From Eledone cirrhosa (taxonomy: Eukaryota), in NCBI GenBank assembly GCA_964016885.1, contig OZ024760.1, forward strand, positions 8,928,001 to 8,992,000: a stretch of 64,000 bases of DNA. The letters run 5' to 3'. A program made the position numbers and the translations under genes. Shown here piece after piece: positions 28,590 through 42,949 of the stretch (its first letter is position 1; each line of letters begins with the position of its first letter). Below the pieces are notes generated by a model. It was not told the origin of the DNA and did no database searches. It was given only the letters and a program-made list of their open reading frames with translations.

Positions 28590-29772
28590 GTGTTAAGCAG
28601 GGTATATATCCCCCAATGACAATGTGGTGGTAGTAAACCGCGTATGTACCACCCAGGGACCAGAACCGGTGTTAAGCAGGGTATCTACCACCCAAAGATC
28701 AGGAGTTGGTGTTAAACAAACAGGGTATCTACCACTCCAAGACCTAGTGGTGGTGTTAAACAGGGTATCTACCACCCAGGTCCTAGTGGTGGTGTTAAAC
28801 AGGGTATCTACCACCCCCAAGACCTAGTGGTGGTGTTAAACAGGGTATCTACCACCCAGGTCCTAGTGGTGGTGTTAAACAGGGTATCTACCACCCCAGG
28901 TCCTAGTGGTGGTGTTAAACAGGGTATTTACCACCCCAGGTCCTAGTGGTGGTGTTAAACAGGGTATCTACCACCCCAAGACCTAGTGGTGGTGTTAAAC
29001 AGGGTATCTACCACCCCCAAGACCTAGTGGTGGTGTTAAACAGGGTATCTACCACCCCAGCTCCTAGTGGTGGTGTTAAACGGGGTATCTACCACCCCAG
29101 CTCCTAGTGGTCGTGTTAAACAGGGTATCTACCACCCCAGCTCCTAGTGATGGTGTTAAACAGGGTATCTACCACCCAGGTCCTAGTGGTGGTGTTAAAC
29201 AGGGTATCTACCACCCAGGTCCTAGTGGTGGTGTTAAACAGGGTATCTACCACCCCAGCTCCTAGTGGTGGTGTTAAACAGGGTATCTACCACCCCAGCT
29301 CCTAGTGGTGGTGTTAAACAGGGTATTTACCACCCCAGGTCCTAGTGGTGGTGTTAAACAGGGTATCTACCACCCCAAGACCTAGTGGTGGTGTTAAACA
29401 GGGTATCTACCACCCCAAGACCTAGTGGTGGTGTTAAACAAAGTATCTACCACCCCAGGTCCTAGTGGTGGTGTTAAACAGGGTATCTACCACCCCAGGT
29501 CCTAGTGGTGGTGTTAAACAGGGTATCTACCACCCCAAGACCTAGTGGTGGTGTTAAACAGGGTATCTACCACCCCAAGACCTAGTGGTGGTGTTAAACA
29601 GGGTATCTACCACCCCAAGACCTAGTGGTGGTGTTAAACAGGGTATCTACCACCCCAGGTCCTAGTGGTGGTGTTAAACAGGGTATCTACCCCCCCCAGG
29701 TCCTAGTGGTGGTGTTAAACAGGGTATCTACCACCCCAGGTCCTAGTGGTGGTGTTAAACAGGGTATCTACC
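28590..29772. repeat. ~40-bp minisatellite (GTGTTAAACAGGGTATCTACCACCCCAGGTCCTAGTGGTG)
   Basis: Direct tandem copies, degenerate at the left edge. Confidence 0.95.
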
Positions 29773-30458
29773 AGTGTAACTATTTATGCGGAAATGTATC
29801 ATAGTCAATGTTTTATTTTGGTATCTGTGACTTACATATAGGCAAGTGTGTAGGTGTGTGTGTGTGTAGGCGTGTATGTGTGTAGGCGTGTATGTGTGTA
29901 GGTGTCTGTGTGTGTAGGCGTGTAAGTGTCTGTGTGTGTAGGCGCGTATGTGTGTAGGTGTGTAGGTGTTTGTTTGTGTAGGTATCATCTGTGTGTGTGT
30001 GTGTATGTGACTTACATATAGGCAAGTGTGTAGGTGTGTGTGTAGGTGTATGTGTGTAGGCGCGTATGTGTGTAGGTGTCTGTGTGTGTAGGCGTGTAAG
30101 TGTCTGTGTGTGTAGGTGCGTATGTGTGTAGGTGTGTGTTTGTTTGTGTAGGTATCATCTGTGTGTGTGTGTGTATGTGACTTACATATAGGCAAGTGTG
30201 TAGATGTCTTCAGTGCGTGTCTGTATGTGTGTGTGTGTGAGTGTCTGCGTGTGTGTGTGTGTGTGTGTGTGTGTCTGTACGTGTGTGTGTGTGTAGGTGT
30301 GTGCTTATCTGCATGTCTGTATGTTTGTATGTCTGTGTGTGTGTGTGCCTGTGTGCATGAATGAGCTTATCTGTATTTGTGTATGCCGGTGTGTGTGTGT
30401 CTGTCTGTGTGTGTAAGTGTGTGTGTATGAGTGTGCTTATCTGCACGTGTGTATGTTC

Positions 30459-30495
<37 letters not shown>

Positions 30496-31242
30496 TGTGT
30501 GCAGGAGTGTGTGTGTATGTGTGTGTATGTGTGTGTGTATGCAGGAGTGTGTGTGTGTGTGTGTGTGTATGCAGGGCGTGTGTGTGTGTGTGTGTGTGTG
30601 TGTGCGACGTTTAGTGTGATTTTCAGTAGGTGCTTGTGATTATAGATGCGTAAATGTATGCGCGTGCATTAGAGAGGAGGGGGGAGAGGGGGGAGAGAGG
30701 GGGAGAGAAAGGGAGAGGGTAGAAGAGGTGAGGGAAGAAAGGGTGAAGAGAGTGGGGGACAGTGGGGAGAGAGAGAAATAGAGAGAGAGTGGTTAAGAAT
30801 GAAAAGAGAGGCGGTGAAAGGGGTGTGGTAGAGTGGTGTGAGAGATTGTGGTAACCACCCGTTTGCAAAGCTCCTCCCCACCACCAACCACCACCACCAC
30901 CACAACCACCACCACCTTTACCACAACCACCACCACCACCACAACCACCGCTCCCACCACAACCACCACCACAACCACCACCACCACCGCTCCCACCACC
31001 ACCACAACCACCACAACCGCTCCCACCACCACCACAACCACCACCACCGTCGCCACAACCAGAGAGAATATTTTGGCAATGGAATGTAATTTAATTCATT
31101 GATTAGGTTGGTTTGGCACTTGATATATTTGACTTGTTAAAAAGAGGGCAACCGACATCTCAGGTCAGAAAACATACTTTAAACGGTCGGGGTTTTTTGG
31201 TCGGGGGTGGGCGGGTGGGTGGGGACGTGGAGGTATGCTAGC

Positions 31243-31274
31243 TAGAAGAAGAAGAAGAAGAAGAAGAAGAAGAA

Positions 31275-31306
<32 letters not shown>

Positions 31307-31590
31307 AAAAACGAAAAAGAAGAAACGAAAAAGAAGAAGAAGGAAGAGGCGGAGGCGGAGGTGGAGAAGAAGAAGAAGAAGAAGAAGAAGAAGAAGAAGA
31401 AGAAGAAGAAGAAGAAGAAGAAGAAACGAAAAAGAAGAAGAAGAAGAAACGAAAAAGAAGAAGAAGAAGAAATGAAAAAGAAGAAGAAGAAGAAACGAAA
31501 AAGAAGAAGAAGAAGAAACGAAAAAGAAGAAGAAGAAGAAGAAGAAGAAGAAGAAGAAGAAGAAGAAGAAGAAGAAGAAGAAGAAGAAGA
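31243..31590. repeat. (GAA)n tract
   Basis: Directly visible. Confidence 0.95.
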
Positions 31591-31989
31591 AGGTGACATA
31601 AGTGTCAACATCAGTTTTCTATTTTTATCGCCAACAACAACAACAACAACAACAACCGTATCCGATAAAGACGAAGAGCCAGAGTAAGATTTGGTCGATT
31701 AAATAGACCCCAGTAGTTGACTGGTACCTTATTTTATTGACCCCCCACCCCACCACCTCCCTAGAAGGATAAAAGGTAAAGTTAACCTCGGTGGGGATTA
31801 GGACCTGCAACAGATACAACAATATATATTAGTTGACGCTCCACTGATTCTAGCGATTTGTCACCTTAATGGTGATTGAGGTGAGGCAAAGCTAACTTTA
31901 ACGGGGTTTGCAGTCTACCGCAAAACATATTGTCCGATGCTCTACTGAGCCAGCTAGTCCGCCAGCCCTTACCAATTCAACAATAGTAA

Positions 31990-32372
31990 TAATTGTCTCT
32001 ATCTTTGGCACAAGGCCAGCAATTATCTCAGTGTATTACTGGTACTTTATTTTGTCGACCCTGTAAAGGATGAAAGGCAAAGTTAACCTCGGCGGGATTT
32101 GAACTCAGACCGTAAAGGGCCGTAACTCTATGCTGCAAAGCATGGCGTCCGACCCTCTACCGATACTGCCAATCCACCATAATAATTGTTTATACTTTGG
32201 GCACAAGGCTAGCAATTATCCCAGTGTATTAGTGGTACTTTCTTTTATCGACCTTCGTAAGGATGAAAGACAAAGTTAACCTTGGCAGGATTTGAACTCA
32301 GAACGTGTAAAGGGCCGTAACTATGTCGCGAAGCAGGGTATCCGACGCTCTACCGATACTGCCAATCCACTT
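31990..32372 (-). mobile_element. Two tandem MetaSINE-like copies
   Basis: Core and B-box repeated at ~31990-32180 and ~32185-32372. Confidence 0.85.
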
Positions 32373-32786
32373 CGTCAATAATAATAATAATGATTTCTAC
32401 TCTAGGCACAAGGCCAGCAATTATGAGGAAGGGCAACTATAAACATGATGGGCAATTACATAAAACAAGGACAGAGAGGGTTTATATAAAATATAACAAC
32501 AAAAATTCCCTAAAAGAGGGAGCACCACACACAGGTAATTAAGGACCCCCCCCCCCCCACAGAACCTAAACCACTAATCTCCAAGAGGACAATATGAGGG
32601 CACCACTCTCTTCTCGAAACTTTCCAGCCTACAAGTGTATGGTCGGAGTAGGTCAATCCACACGGGCCAGCCTTGCTTCATTATACCGGCTTACTGAAAA
32701 TTATTTATTAAATAATTGTTTCTGAATCAGGCAAAAGGCTAACAATTCTGGGGAAGGAAAAAGTTGATTAAATTGACGAGGGTGTT

Positions 32787-33065
32787 CTAAAATCTGTCTT
32801 AAGCCAGAGGGCTCATTTGGCCGGTGCTTATCCCGGTTTCATGGCGTGAAGTGACTGAGAGTACAAGATTCCCCCCTGGACAGGACGCCAGTTCATCACA
32901 GGGTTAAACCTCCAGCCATTGCTGGTACTCATTTTCAGCTGAGTATACTGGAGCAATGTGAAATGAAGTGTTTTGCTCAAGAACACAACACGCAACCCAG
33001 GAATCGAACCCACGACATTATGATCGTAAGTCCAATACTCTTACCACTAGGCCACGTGCCTCCAC
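32787..33065 (-). mobile_element. tRNA-derived V-domain-like SINE with target-site duplication
   Basis: Head TGGCCTAGTGG...GGTTCGATTCC; ACTGGCGTCCTGTCCAGGGG block; TSD TGACGAGGG(GG)TGTT at 32774 and 33066. Confidence 0.8.
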
Positions 33066-33125
33066 TGACGAGGGGGTGTTACTGGTACTTTATTTTATCG
33101 ACAAAGTAAGGGTGAAAGGCTAAGC

Positions 33126-33817
33126 CAGGGGTATCCAAAGTGGTCGATATCGACCCTTGGTGGTCGATGAGACTCATTTAGGGATCAATAAATGCCTGGC
33201 GGCGGGGGGGGGGGGTTAAAACGGGGGTCGATAAACGCTGTAGGGTATGCTATTGAAACTAGGAGTAATGTAAATGTATCGCACGCGTACAGTATAGGGA
33301 TCTGGGAAATTCAGTTTGTCCGTTAGCCTGCCCTTGTCTGTCACGAAACTGCCCCGACTCTATCATAGTAAACAGTTTTCCCTTTTTTGTTTTCCTACAT
33401 TTCATGAAACATATTCACAGGGGTAGGGGATACAGAACAGCGGTTTTGCAGGGCAGGCTATACAGTTTCCCATACTGATGTATATTGAAAGCAGGGTTTC
33501 GTGTGGAGTTTACTGCACTAATGGAAACTACATGGAAACTGCACATCTACTTAATTATTCGGACGCCATGCTTTCCAGCATAGTTACGTCCCTTTACGAT
33601 CTGAGTTCAAATCCCGCCGAGGTTGACTTTGCCTTTCATCCTTCCGGGGTCGATAAAATAAAGTACCAGTAATGCACTGGGGTAATTGCTGGCCTTGTGC
33701 CTAAAGTAGAAACAATTATCAATCTATTTTTTCTACATGCCTGGGGTCAATAAAGGATCAAGGATTACATCAAGGGATTGATGGTCTAAAATGTTTGGGG
33801 ACCCCTGGGGACCCCTG
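33126..33817. mobile_element. hAT-type MITE with perfect 8-bp TSD, containing nested insertions
   Basis: CAGGGG...CCCCTG termini flanked by GGCTAAGC on both sides. Confidence 0.8.
33557..33718 (+). mobile_element. MetaSINE-like SINE nested in the hAT MITE
   Basis: B-box plus core. Confidence 0.85.
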
Positions 33818-33887
33818 GGCTAAGCTCTATCTCGACAGGATTTGAACTCAGAAGAGAAAGGGATGTAACTAGATGTTACAATAATAA

Positions 33888-34305
33888 TGATTTCTAGTAT
33901 AGGCACAAGCCCAGAAATTTTGGGGGAGGGGAAAGTCGATTAAATCGACCTCAGTACGTTACCCGTACTTTATTTTATCGACCCCGTAAGGATGAAAGGC
34001 AAAGTTAACCTCGGCGGGATGTGAACTCAGACCGTAAAGGACCGTAACTCTATGCTGCAAAGCATAGTGTCCGACTCTCTACTGATACTGCCAATCTACC
34101 GCCCACAGATGTAATAATAATGGTTTCTGAGTTAGGCACAAGGCCAACAATTGTTTTTAACGGGGCGAGGGAGGAAAGAAAGTCGATTAAATCGACCCCA
34201 GTACGTTACTGGTGCTTTATCTTATCGCCCCCGTAAGGACGAAAGCAATGTGAACCTCGGCGGGATTTGAACTCAGAACGTAAAGGGTCATAACTATATG
34301 TCGCA
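33888..34305 (-). mobile_element. Two tandem MetaSINE-like copies
   Basis: Core repeated at ~33888-34105 and ~34120-34305. Confidence 0.85.
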
Positions 34306-34688
34306 ATAATTAATTTATTTGCCAGAAGGATGTAGGATGCTGTGGTCAACGACCCCATTAGAAGCCCGCCACTCTTCACCCTCCCCTTCACAGTTCTTAT
34401 CAAAGGTCCAATATATAGAAATTGTAATTGATCCGCAATGTTACTATTTATGGCGTCTTTTTAAGTGTGTAAATATACACTCCCTCACACATACATATAA
34501 CCACTTACAGACACATACACACATATAAATAAACTCACTGACACACACACACGCATATATATATCTAAACACTCACTGACACACACACATACATATAAAC
34601 ACTCATTCACAGAGACATATATATACTCACAGACACAATCTCACACGCACCCATTCGGTTACATACACACACTAATACATTATCTACC

Positions 34689-34762
<74 letters not shown>

Positions 34763-34768
<6 letters not shown>

Positions 34769-34877
34769 TAAAATAACAGATTAAAGTTTAATCAAAGAAT
34801 AGCTGCTTTCACCCTTAACGGGATCTTCAGAAGATCCCGTTAAGGGTGAAAGAAGCGATTCTTTGATTAAACTTTAA
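34763..34877. mobile_element. Family C fold-back
   Basis: Palindrome around CTTC-A-GAAG with ~48-bp arms. Confidence 0.75.
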
Positions 34878-34933
34878 GTTTCAGTTCTTTTAGCCTCTCA
34901 TCTCCTTCATTGTGGCAATCCTTTTGGTGTAGC

Positions 34934-35787
34934 TTGTGCATGAAGACATCAGCTACAAATCTTACGTGATGAGGAGAGGTCAATTCATGTCAGAAAAAAC
35001 AAAAGAAACCCGTTGAATCAGATCCAAAAGACTTTTGAACAATCTTAAAAATCCATCAGAAGATGATGTGATTTGGTTTTTCTCAGCTGAGAAAAACTTT
35101 GACCAGGACAAGAAAACTAACAGAAGAAATGACAGGTGGTTATGTGCAGACCCTTCTGAGGTTCCAAGAGTAATGCACAAAATTTCCGGCAAGTGTCATG
35201 GTTTTAGGTTTTGTTAGCAATGAAGGATGTGTGATCCTCCTCACTTTTTTCCACAAGGCCTTAGGGTGAATGTTGCTGTGTATATTGAGGTTCTGGATAA
35301 AGTTGTTAAGCCTTGGATCAACAGTGTATGCAATGGAAGGCCTTATGTCTTTCAACAAGATTCTGCACCATCACATCAGGCCCAAATGAAGCAAGAATGG
35401 ATGGCCAACAATTTGCATGATCACATCACCCCCAACATTTGGCCTCCTAATTCTCCAGATCTCAATCCATTGGACTACTATGTATGGAGCATTGTTGAGA
35501 AAAATGTCAATGAATACTCCCATAGCACCAAAGATTCTTTGAAAGCCGCAACAGTTCGCGTCATGTCCGATATGAACAAGGACCACTTAATCCAAGCTTG
35601 TAAACGATTTCGACCCCGCGTAGAGGCAGTTATTGATGCTTTTGGTGGTTTTATTGAATGAAATTATTAAATTGATAATTTAGCTTTATGTTTATATTAT
35701 TTTTATAAGAATACAGTTTTTTTTTCTGTTATTATATAAGCGTTTTTTTTTTAACCATAAATCTGTCCTCAAATACCGTCCGCGCCC

Positions 35788-35789
<2 letters not shown>
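34934..35789 (+). pseudogene. Tc1/mariner DD37D (maT-type) transposase relic with right end
   Basis: VHEDISYKSYVMRRGQF, FFSAEKNF (first catalytic D mutated), and QQD-x37-D ending WPPNSPDLNPLDY. Has a stop and frameshifts; ends ...CGCGCCCTA-TA. Confidence 0.9.
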
Positions 35790-35855
<66 letters not shown>

Positions 35856-36672
35856 CATATATACATATATATATACATATATATATACATATATATATAC
35901 ATATATATATATACATATATATATACATATATATATATACATATATATATACATATATATATATAGATACTTATACATATACAAAATTGCCCTTTCGTTT
36001 CTCCTTCTTCGTCTTCTTCTCTCCTCCAACCTCTACTCCTACCCTCACCATCTCTCCCCTTCCTACTCATTCTCACCTTCACAACCTCCCCCCCCCCCTT
36101 CTTCCTGCCTATAATTTACGATGTCTGCCAGGTTTTATCAGAAATCTCGTCCTCTGTGGAATATTTCATGTTGTTCTAGGGGCAGACAGAGATGGTAGTG
36201 GAGGTGGTGGTGGTGGTGGTGATGATGGTGATGATGGTGGTGGATGTGTTGGTGATAGTCATGGTGGTATTGGTGGTGGTGGTATTGGTGGAGTTGGTGG
36301 ATGTGACGGTAATAGTGGTGGTGGTGGTGATGGTGGTGGTGGTGGTATTGGTGGAGTTGGTGGATGTGACGGTGGTAGTGGTGATGGTAGTGATGGTGGT
36401 GGTCATAGTGATGGTGGTGGCGACGGCGTTGGTGGAGGTGACGGTGGTAGTGGTTGTGGTAGTCGTCGTCGTGGTATTGGTGGTGGCGGAGTTGTTAGTG
36501 GTGGTGGTGATGTTGGTGGTGGTGACGATGGTCGTGATGGTGATGGTGGTAGTGACATTGGAGATGATGAGGGGGCGGTGGAGTGATAGTAGTGGTGGAG
36601 GCAGTGGTAATGACAGTTCATGCCGTCCGTGTTCAAATACTCATTCAAGCCTTTCTTTAGTTGGTTTATACA

Positions 36673-39600
36673 CTTAATCCCTCACCTGGCCCTTGGGTGG
36701 TAGACTTAATCCCTCACCTGGCCTTTGGGTGGTAGACTTAATCCCTCACATGGCCCTTGGGTGGTAGACTTAATCCCTCACCTGGCCTTTGGGTGGTAGA
36801 CTTAATCCCTCACATGGCCCTTGGGTGGTAGACTTAATCCCTCACCTGGCCTTTGGGTGGTAGACTTAATCCCTCACATGGCCCTTGGGTGGTAGACTTA
36901 ATCCCTCACCTGGCCCTTGGGTGGTAGACTTAATGCCTCACCTGGCCTTTGGGTGGTAGACTTAATCCCTCACATGGCCCTTGGGTGGTAGACTTAATCC
37001 CTCACCTGGCCTTTGGGTGGTAGACTTAATCCCTCACATGGCCCTTGGGTGGTAGACTTAATCCCTCACCTGGCCCTTGGGTGGTAGACTTAATCCCTCA
37101 CCTGGCCTTTGGGTGGTAGACTTAATCCCTCACATGGCCCTTGGGTGGTAGACTTAATCCCTCACCTGGCCTTTGGGTGGTAGACTTAATCCCTCACCTG
37201 GCCCTTGGGTGGTAGACTTAATCCCTCACCTGGCCTTTGGGTGGTAGACTTAATCCCTCACATGGCCCTTGGGTGGTAGACTTAATCCCTCACCTGGCCC
37301 TTGGGTGGTAGACTTAATCCCTCACCTGGCCTTTGGGTGGTAGACTTAATCCCTCACCTGGCCCTTGGGTGGTAGACTTAATCCCTCACCTGGCCTTTGG
37401 GTGGTAGACTTAATCCCTCACATGGCCCTTGGGTGGTAGACTTAATCCCTCACCTGGCCCTTGGGTGGTAGACTTAATCCCTCACATGGCCCTTGGGTGG
37501 TAGACTTAATCCGTCACTTGACCCTTGGGTGGTAGACTTAATCCCTCACATGGCCCTTGGGTGGTAGACTTAATCCCTCACATGGCCCTTGGGTGGTAGA
37601 CTTAATCCGTCACTTGACCCTTGGGTGGTAGACTTAATCCGTCACTTGACCCTTGGGTGGTAGACTTAATCCGTCATTTGACCCTTGAGTGGTAGACTTA
37701 ATCCATCATCTGACCCTTGGGTGGTAGACTTAATCCGTCACTTGACCCTTGGGTGGTAGACTTAATCCGTCACTTGACCCTTTGGTGGTAGACTTAATCC
37801 GTCACTTGACCTAATCCATCACCTGACCCTTGGGTGGTAGACTTAATCCGTCACTTGACCCTTGGGTGGTAGACTTAATCCGTCACTTGACACTTGGGTG
37901 GTAGACTTAATCCGTCACTTGACCCTTGGGTGGTAGACTTAATCCGTCACTTGACCTAATCCATCACCTGACCCTTGGGTGGTAGACTTAATCCGTCACT
38001 TGACCCTTGGGTGGTAGACTTAATCCGTCATTTGACCCTTGAGTGGTAGACTTAATCCATCATCTGACCCTTGGGTGGTAGACTTAATCCGTCATTTGAC
38101 CCTTGAGTGGTAGACTTAATCCATCATCTGACCCTTGGGTGGTAGACTTAATCCGTCACTTGACCCTTGGGTGGTAGACTTAATCCGTCATTTGACCCTT
38201 GAGTGGTAGACTTAATCCATCATCTGACCCTTGGGTGGTAGACTTAATCCATCATCTGACCCTTGGGTGGTAGACTTAATCCATCACCTGACCCTTGGGT
38301 GGTAGACTTAATCCGTCATTTGACCCTTGAGTGGTAGACTTAATCCATCACCTGACCCTTGGGTGGTAGACTTAATCCATCACCTGACCCTTGGGTGGTA
38401 GACTTAATCCGTCATTTGACCCTTGAGTGGTAGACTTAATCCATCACCTGACCCTTGGGTGGTAGACTTAATCCATCATCTGACCCTTGGGTGGTAGACT
38501 TAATCCATCATCTGACCCTTGGGTGGTAGACTTAATCCATCACCTGACCCTTGGGTGGTAGACTTAATCCGTCATTTGACCCTTGAGTGGTAGACTTAAT
38601 CCATCATCTGACCCTTGGGTGGTAGACTTAATCCATCACCTGACCCTTGGGTGGTAGACTTAATCCGTCATTTGACCCTTGAGTGGTAGACTTAATCCAT
38701 CATCTGACCCTTGGGTGGTAGACTTAATCCATCATCTGACCCTTGGGTGGTAGACTTAATCCATCACCTGACCCTTGGGTGGTAGACTTAATCCATCACC
38801 TGACCTTTGTGTGGTAGACTTAATCCGTCACTTGACCCTTGGGTGGTAGACTTAATCCATCACCTGACCTTTGTGTGGTAGACTTAATCCGTCACTTGAC
38901 CCTTGGCTGGTAGACTTAATCCGTCACTTGACCTTTGTGTGGTAGACTTAATCCATCATCTGACCTTTGGGTGGTAGACTTAATCCATCACTTGACCCTT
39001 GGGTGGTAGACTTAATCCGTCATTTGACCCTTGAGTGGTAGACTTAATCCATCATCTGACCCTTGGGTGGTAGACTTAATCCATCACCTGACCCTTGGGT
39101 GGTAGACTTAATCCGTCACTTGACCTTTGTGTGGTAGACTTAATCCATCATCTGACCTTTGGGTGGTAGACTTAATCCGTCACTTGACCCTTGGGTGGTA
39201 GACTTAATCCGTCATTTGACCCTTGAGTGGTAGACTTAATCCATCATCTGACCCTTGGCTGGTAGACTTAATCCGTCACTTGACCTTTGTGTGGTAGACT
39301 TAATCCATCATCTGACCCTTGGGTGGTAGACTTAATCCATCACCTGACCCTTGGGTGGTAGACTTAATCCGTCACTTGACCTTTGTGTGGTAGACTTAAT
39401 CCGTCACTTGACCCTTGGGTGGTAGACTTAATCCGTCACTTGACCCTTGGCTGGTAGACTTAATCCGTCACTTGACCTTTGTGTGGTAGACTTAATCCAT
39501 CATCTGACCCTTGGGTGGTAGACTTAATCCGTCACTTGACCTTTGTGTGGTAGACTTAATCCGTCACTTGGCTCTTGAGTGGTAGACTTAATCCGTCACT

Positions 39601-39880
39601 TGACCCTTGGGTGGTAGATTTAATCCACCACCTGACCCTTGGGTGGTAGACTTAATCCGTCACTTGACCTTTGTGTGGTAGACTTAATCCGTCACTTGGC
39701 TCTTGAGTGGTAGACTTAATCCGTCACTTGACCCTTGGGTGGTAGATTTAATCCACCACCTGACCCTTGGGTGGTAGACTTAATCCGTCACTTGACCCTT
39801 GGGTGGTAGACTTAATCCGTCACTTGACCCCTGGGTGGTAGACTTAATCTGTCTCCTGACCCTTGGGTGGTATATTTAAC
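36673..39880. repeat. 32-bp minisatellite (~100 copies; CTTAATCCCTCACCTGGCCCTTGGGTGGTAGA and variants)
   Basis: Direct tandem copies with variant domains. Confidence 0.97.
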
Positions 39881-40169
39881 TACCATCATCTACCGTCATC
39901 TGTGCATCATCAGCCCCAACGGCTGAGCTCCGGCTTTTCCTTATTCTCTCTCTCTCTATATATATACAAGAAGTGTAAGTAAACAGGTTAAAATTAACTT
40001 TGTTTATTCATATTCGCTGTTATATATATTTCGGTGTTAACCATTATTCAACAGCTATGACCTCATGAAACTGGAAAGGCCTAGCTGAAGAAATTATATC
40101 AGCTCAAAATATATGCATACATAAAATGCCCCCCTGGGTCACTAATTACCATGGTTTTGCATACCAGTC

Positions 40170-40380
40170 TCCCCTCTCCACACAACATATGTTGTCCAAG
40201 GGAAAGGCAATGACCGATACAGTTTGGCACCAGTGACGGCTCAACTCATCTCTACAGCTGAAGGAACTGGAGAAAAGTGAAATAAAGTGTCTTGCTCAAG
40301 GACTCGACGCATCACTCGGTCCGAGAATCGAACTCTCTACCTGTCAATTGCAAGCCTAACGCTCAAACCACTAAGCCATG
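40170..40380 (-). mobile_element. tRNA-derived CORE-like SINE
   Basis: Reverse complement: TGGCTTAGTGG, GAGTTCGATTC, CCTTGAGCAAGACACTTTATTTCAC. Confidence 0.75.
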
Positions 40381-40966
40381 TGTGCGTGTGTGTGTGTGTA
40401 TGTGTGTGTGTGTATGTGTGTGTGTGCATGTGTGTGTCTGCATGTGTGTGTGTGTGCGTGCGTGTGTGTGCGTGTGCGTGCGTGTGTGTGCGTGTGTGTG
40501 CATGTGTGTCCGTGTGTGTGTATGTGTGTGTGTGCGTGTGTATGTGCGTGTGTGTACGTGTGTCTGCGTGCGTGTGTGTGTGTGTGTGTGTGTGCGTGTG
40601 TGTGTGTGTGTGCATGCATGTATGTGTGTGTGCGTGTGCGTGCGTGTATGTGCGTGTGTGTACGTGCGTGTGCGCTTTCTCAGGTCATATGTCATTACAA
40701 CGACACTAAAAGATTGGTGACCTCATAGAATGTGGAATGATATCTTAACATATATCTTCTGTTGTTGTTGTTGTTGTTCTCCCTCTTCTTCTTCTTCTTC
40801 TTCTTATTGTACTTGTTTGTCCTTCGTATTGTTATTTTTGTTGTTTTCGTGATTCTAAAAAGGTCACTCTTAACATCACATGTATATATATATACATACA
40901 TATGTTTGTGTGTATATAGAAATATATACGTATGTTTGTGTGTATATAGAAATATATACTACGTAT

Positions 40967-41030
<64 letters not shown>

Positions 41031-41126
41031 CATAATTACATGTCCACAGACATCTGTATGTTAATTAGTTATGTATCTTAATTTATGATGATAAATATGT
41101 TTTTTGTATGTATTTACATGCTTGTT

Positions 41127-41158
<32 letters not shown>

Positions 41159-41191
41159 CATACATATACATATGCAAAACATATTTATATA

Positions 41192-41235
<44 letters not shown>

Positions 41236-41320
41236 CATATGCAAAACATATTTATATATATATATACATACATATACAAAACATATTTATATATGCATAT
41301 ATACATACATATACGTATAG

Positions 41321-41385
<65 letters not shown>

Positions 41386-41440
41386 CATTTTATATATATA
41401 TATATATAGAGAGAGAGATAGATATACACATACATATGTG

Positions 41441-41483
<43 letters not shown>

Positions 41484-41922
41484 ATTCGTGTGTATGTATA
41501 TGTGTGTGATGAAATATGCATTGTGACATGTATTATACGGTTCTCAGGCTTCCCAGTAAATAGATAACATTCCCAGGATTCCCTGTGCTTTGCCGATGGG
41601 CACAGCAACTTCCGCAATAACATTCCATTACAGATTAACTAAATCTCCTTAATCGCACAAAAACATTTCATAAGTAGCGACTTTAAGCATTTGTATATTC
41701 CTTGTATATATCTACATATATGTGTGTATGTTTGTATATATACATGTATGTATGTTTGTATGTGACTGTATATGTATATATGTACGTATATATATATATG
41801 TATGTGTGTGTATGTTTGTATATATACATGTGTGTATGTTTGTATATATACATGTATATATGTTTGTATGTGACTGTATATGTATATATGTACGTATATG
41901 ACTGTATATGTATATATGTACG

Positions 41923-41957
<35 letters not shown>

Positions 41958-42081
41958 ATGTGTGTGTGTATGTGTGTGTGTGTATGTGTGTGAGTATGTT
42001 TGTATATATACATGTATGTATGTTTGTATGTGACTGTATATGTATATATGTACGTATCTGACTGTATATGTATATATGTAC

Positions 42082-42135
<54 letters not shown>

Positions 42136-42136
42136 A

Positions 42137-42168
<32 letters not shown>

Positions 42169-42297
42169 AGTATGTTTGTATGTTTGTATGTGACTGTATA
42201 TGTATATATGTACGTATATATATATGTATGTGTGTGTGTATGTTTGTATATATACATGTATGTATGTTTGTAAGTGACTGTATATGTATATATGTAC

Positions 42298-42361
<64 letters not shown>

Positions 42362-42448
42362 ATGTGTATGTATTTATGTCTGTACGTATGCATTTATTTA
42401 CATGCATGTATATATATATATATATATATATACATGCATATATATATG

Positions 42449-42486
<38 letters not shown>

Positions 42487-42949
42487 CATATTATATGTGT
42501 ATATATATACATATATATTATATATTTATACATAAATATATATATGCATGTATATATATATATATGTTTGTGTGTGTGTTTACAATGCTTCTATTTTCTA
42601 CTAACAAGTAATTAGTAGCCCATAATTATATACCCATCACCGCCAGCCCCACCACCTTCTACCCCCCCCCCCCACACACCATCTACCCCCCCCCCCCCAC
42701 ACACACACACACCCACCACCACCACCACCACCACCACCGTCACCACCTCAGCCACTGTCACCATCACTACAATTAATTTTAACAATCACGACAAACACCA
42801 CATCCACCCCTTCCCCTACCACCACCACCATTACATCGACGACCACCCCACCGCCACCATCATCACCGCCACCACCACCACCGCCACCACCATCACAACC
42901 ATCACCACCACCACCAACATAACCAACACCACTACCATCACCATCATCA

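Noticed and set aside
32480-32700. Possible LINE 3' end on the minus strand
   Set aside because: Too degenerate to assign without a search.
36673-39880. CRISPR array (also considered for 1-1356, 28590-29772 and 53381-53993)
   Set aside because: No unique spacers, no cas genes, and a eukaryotic context.
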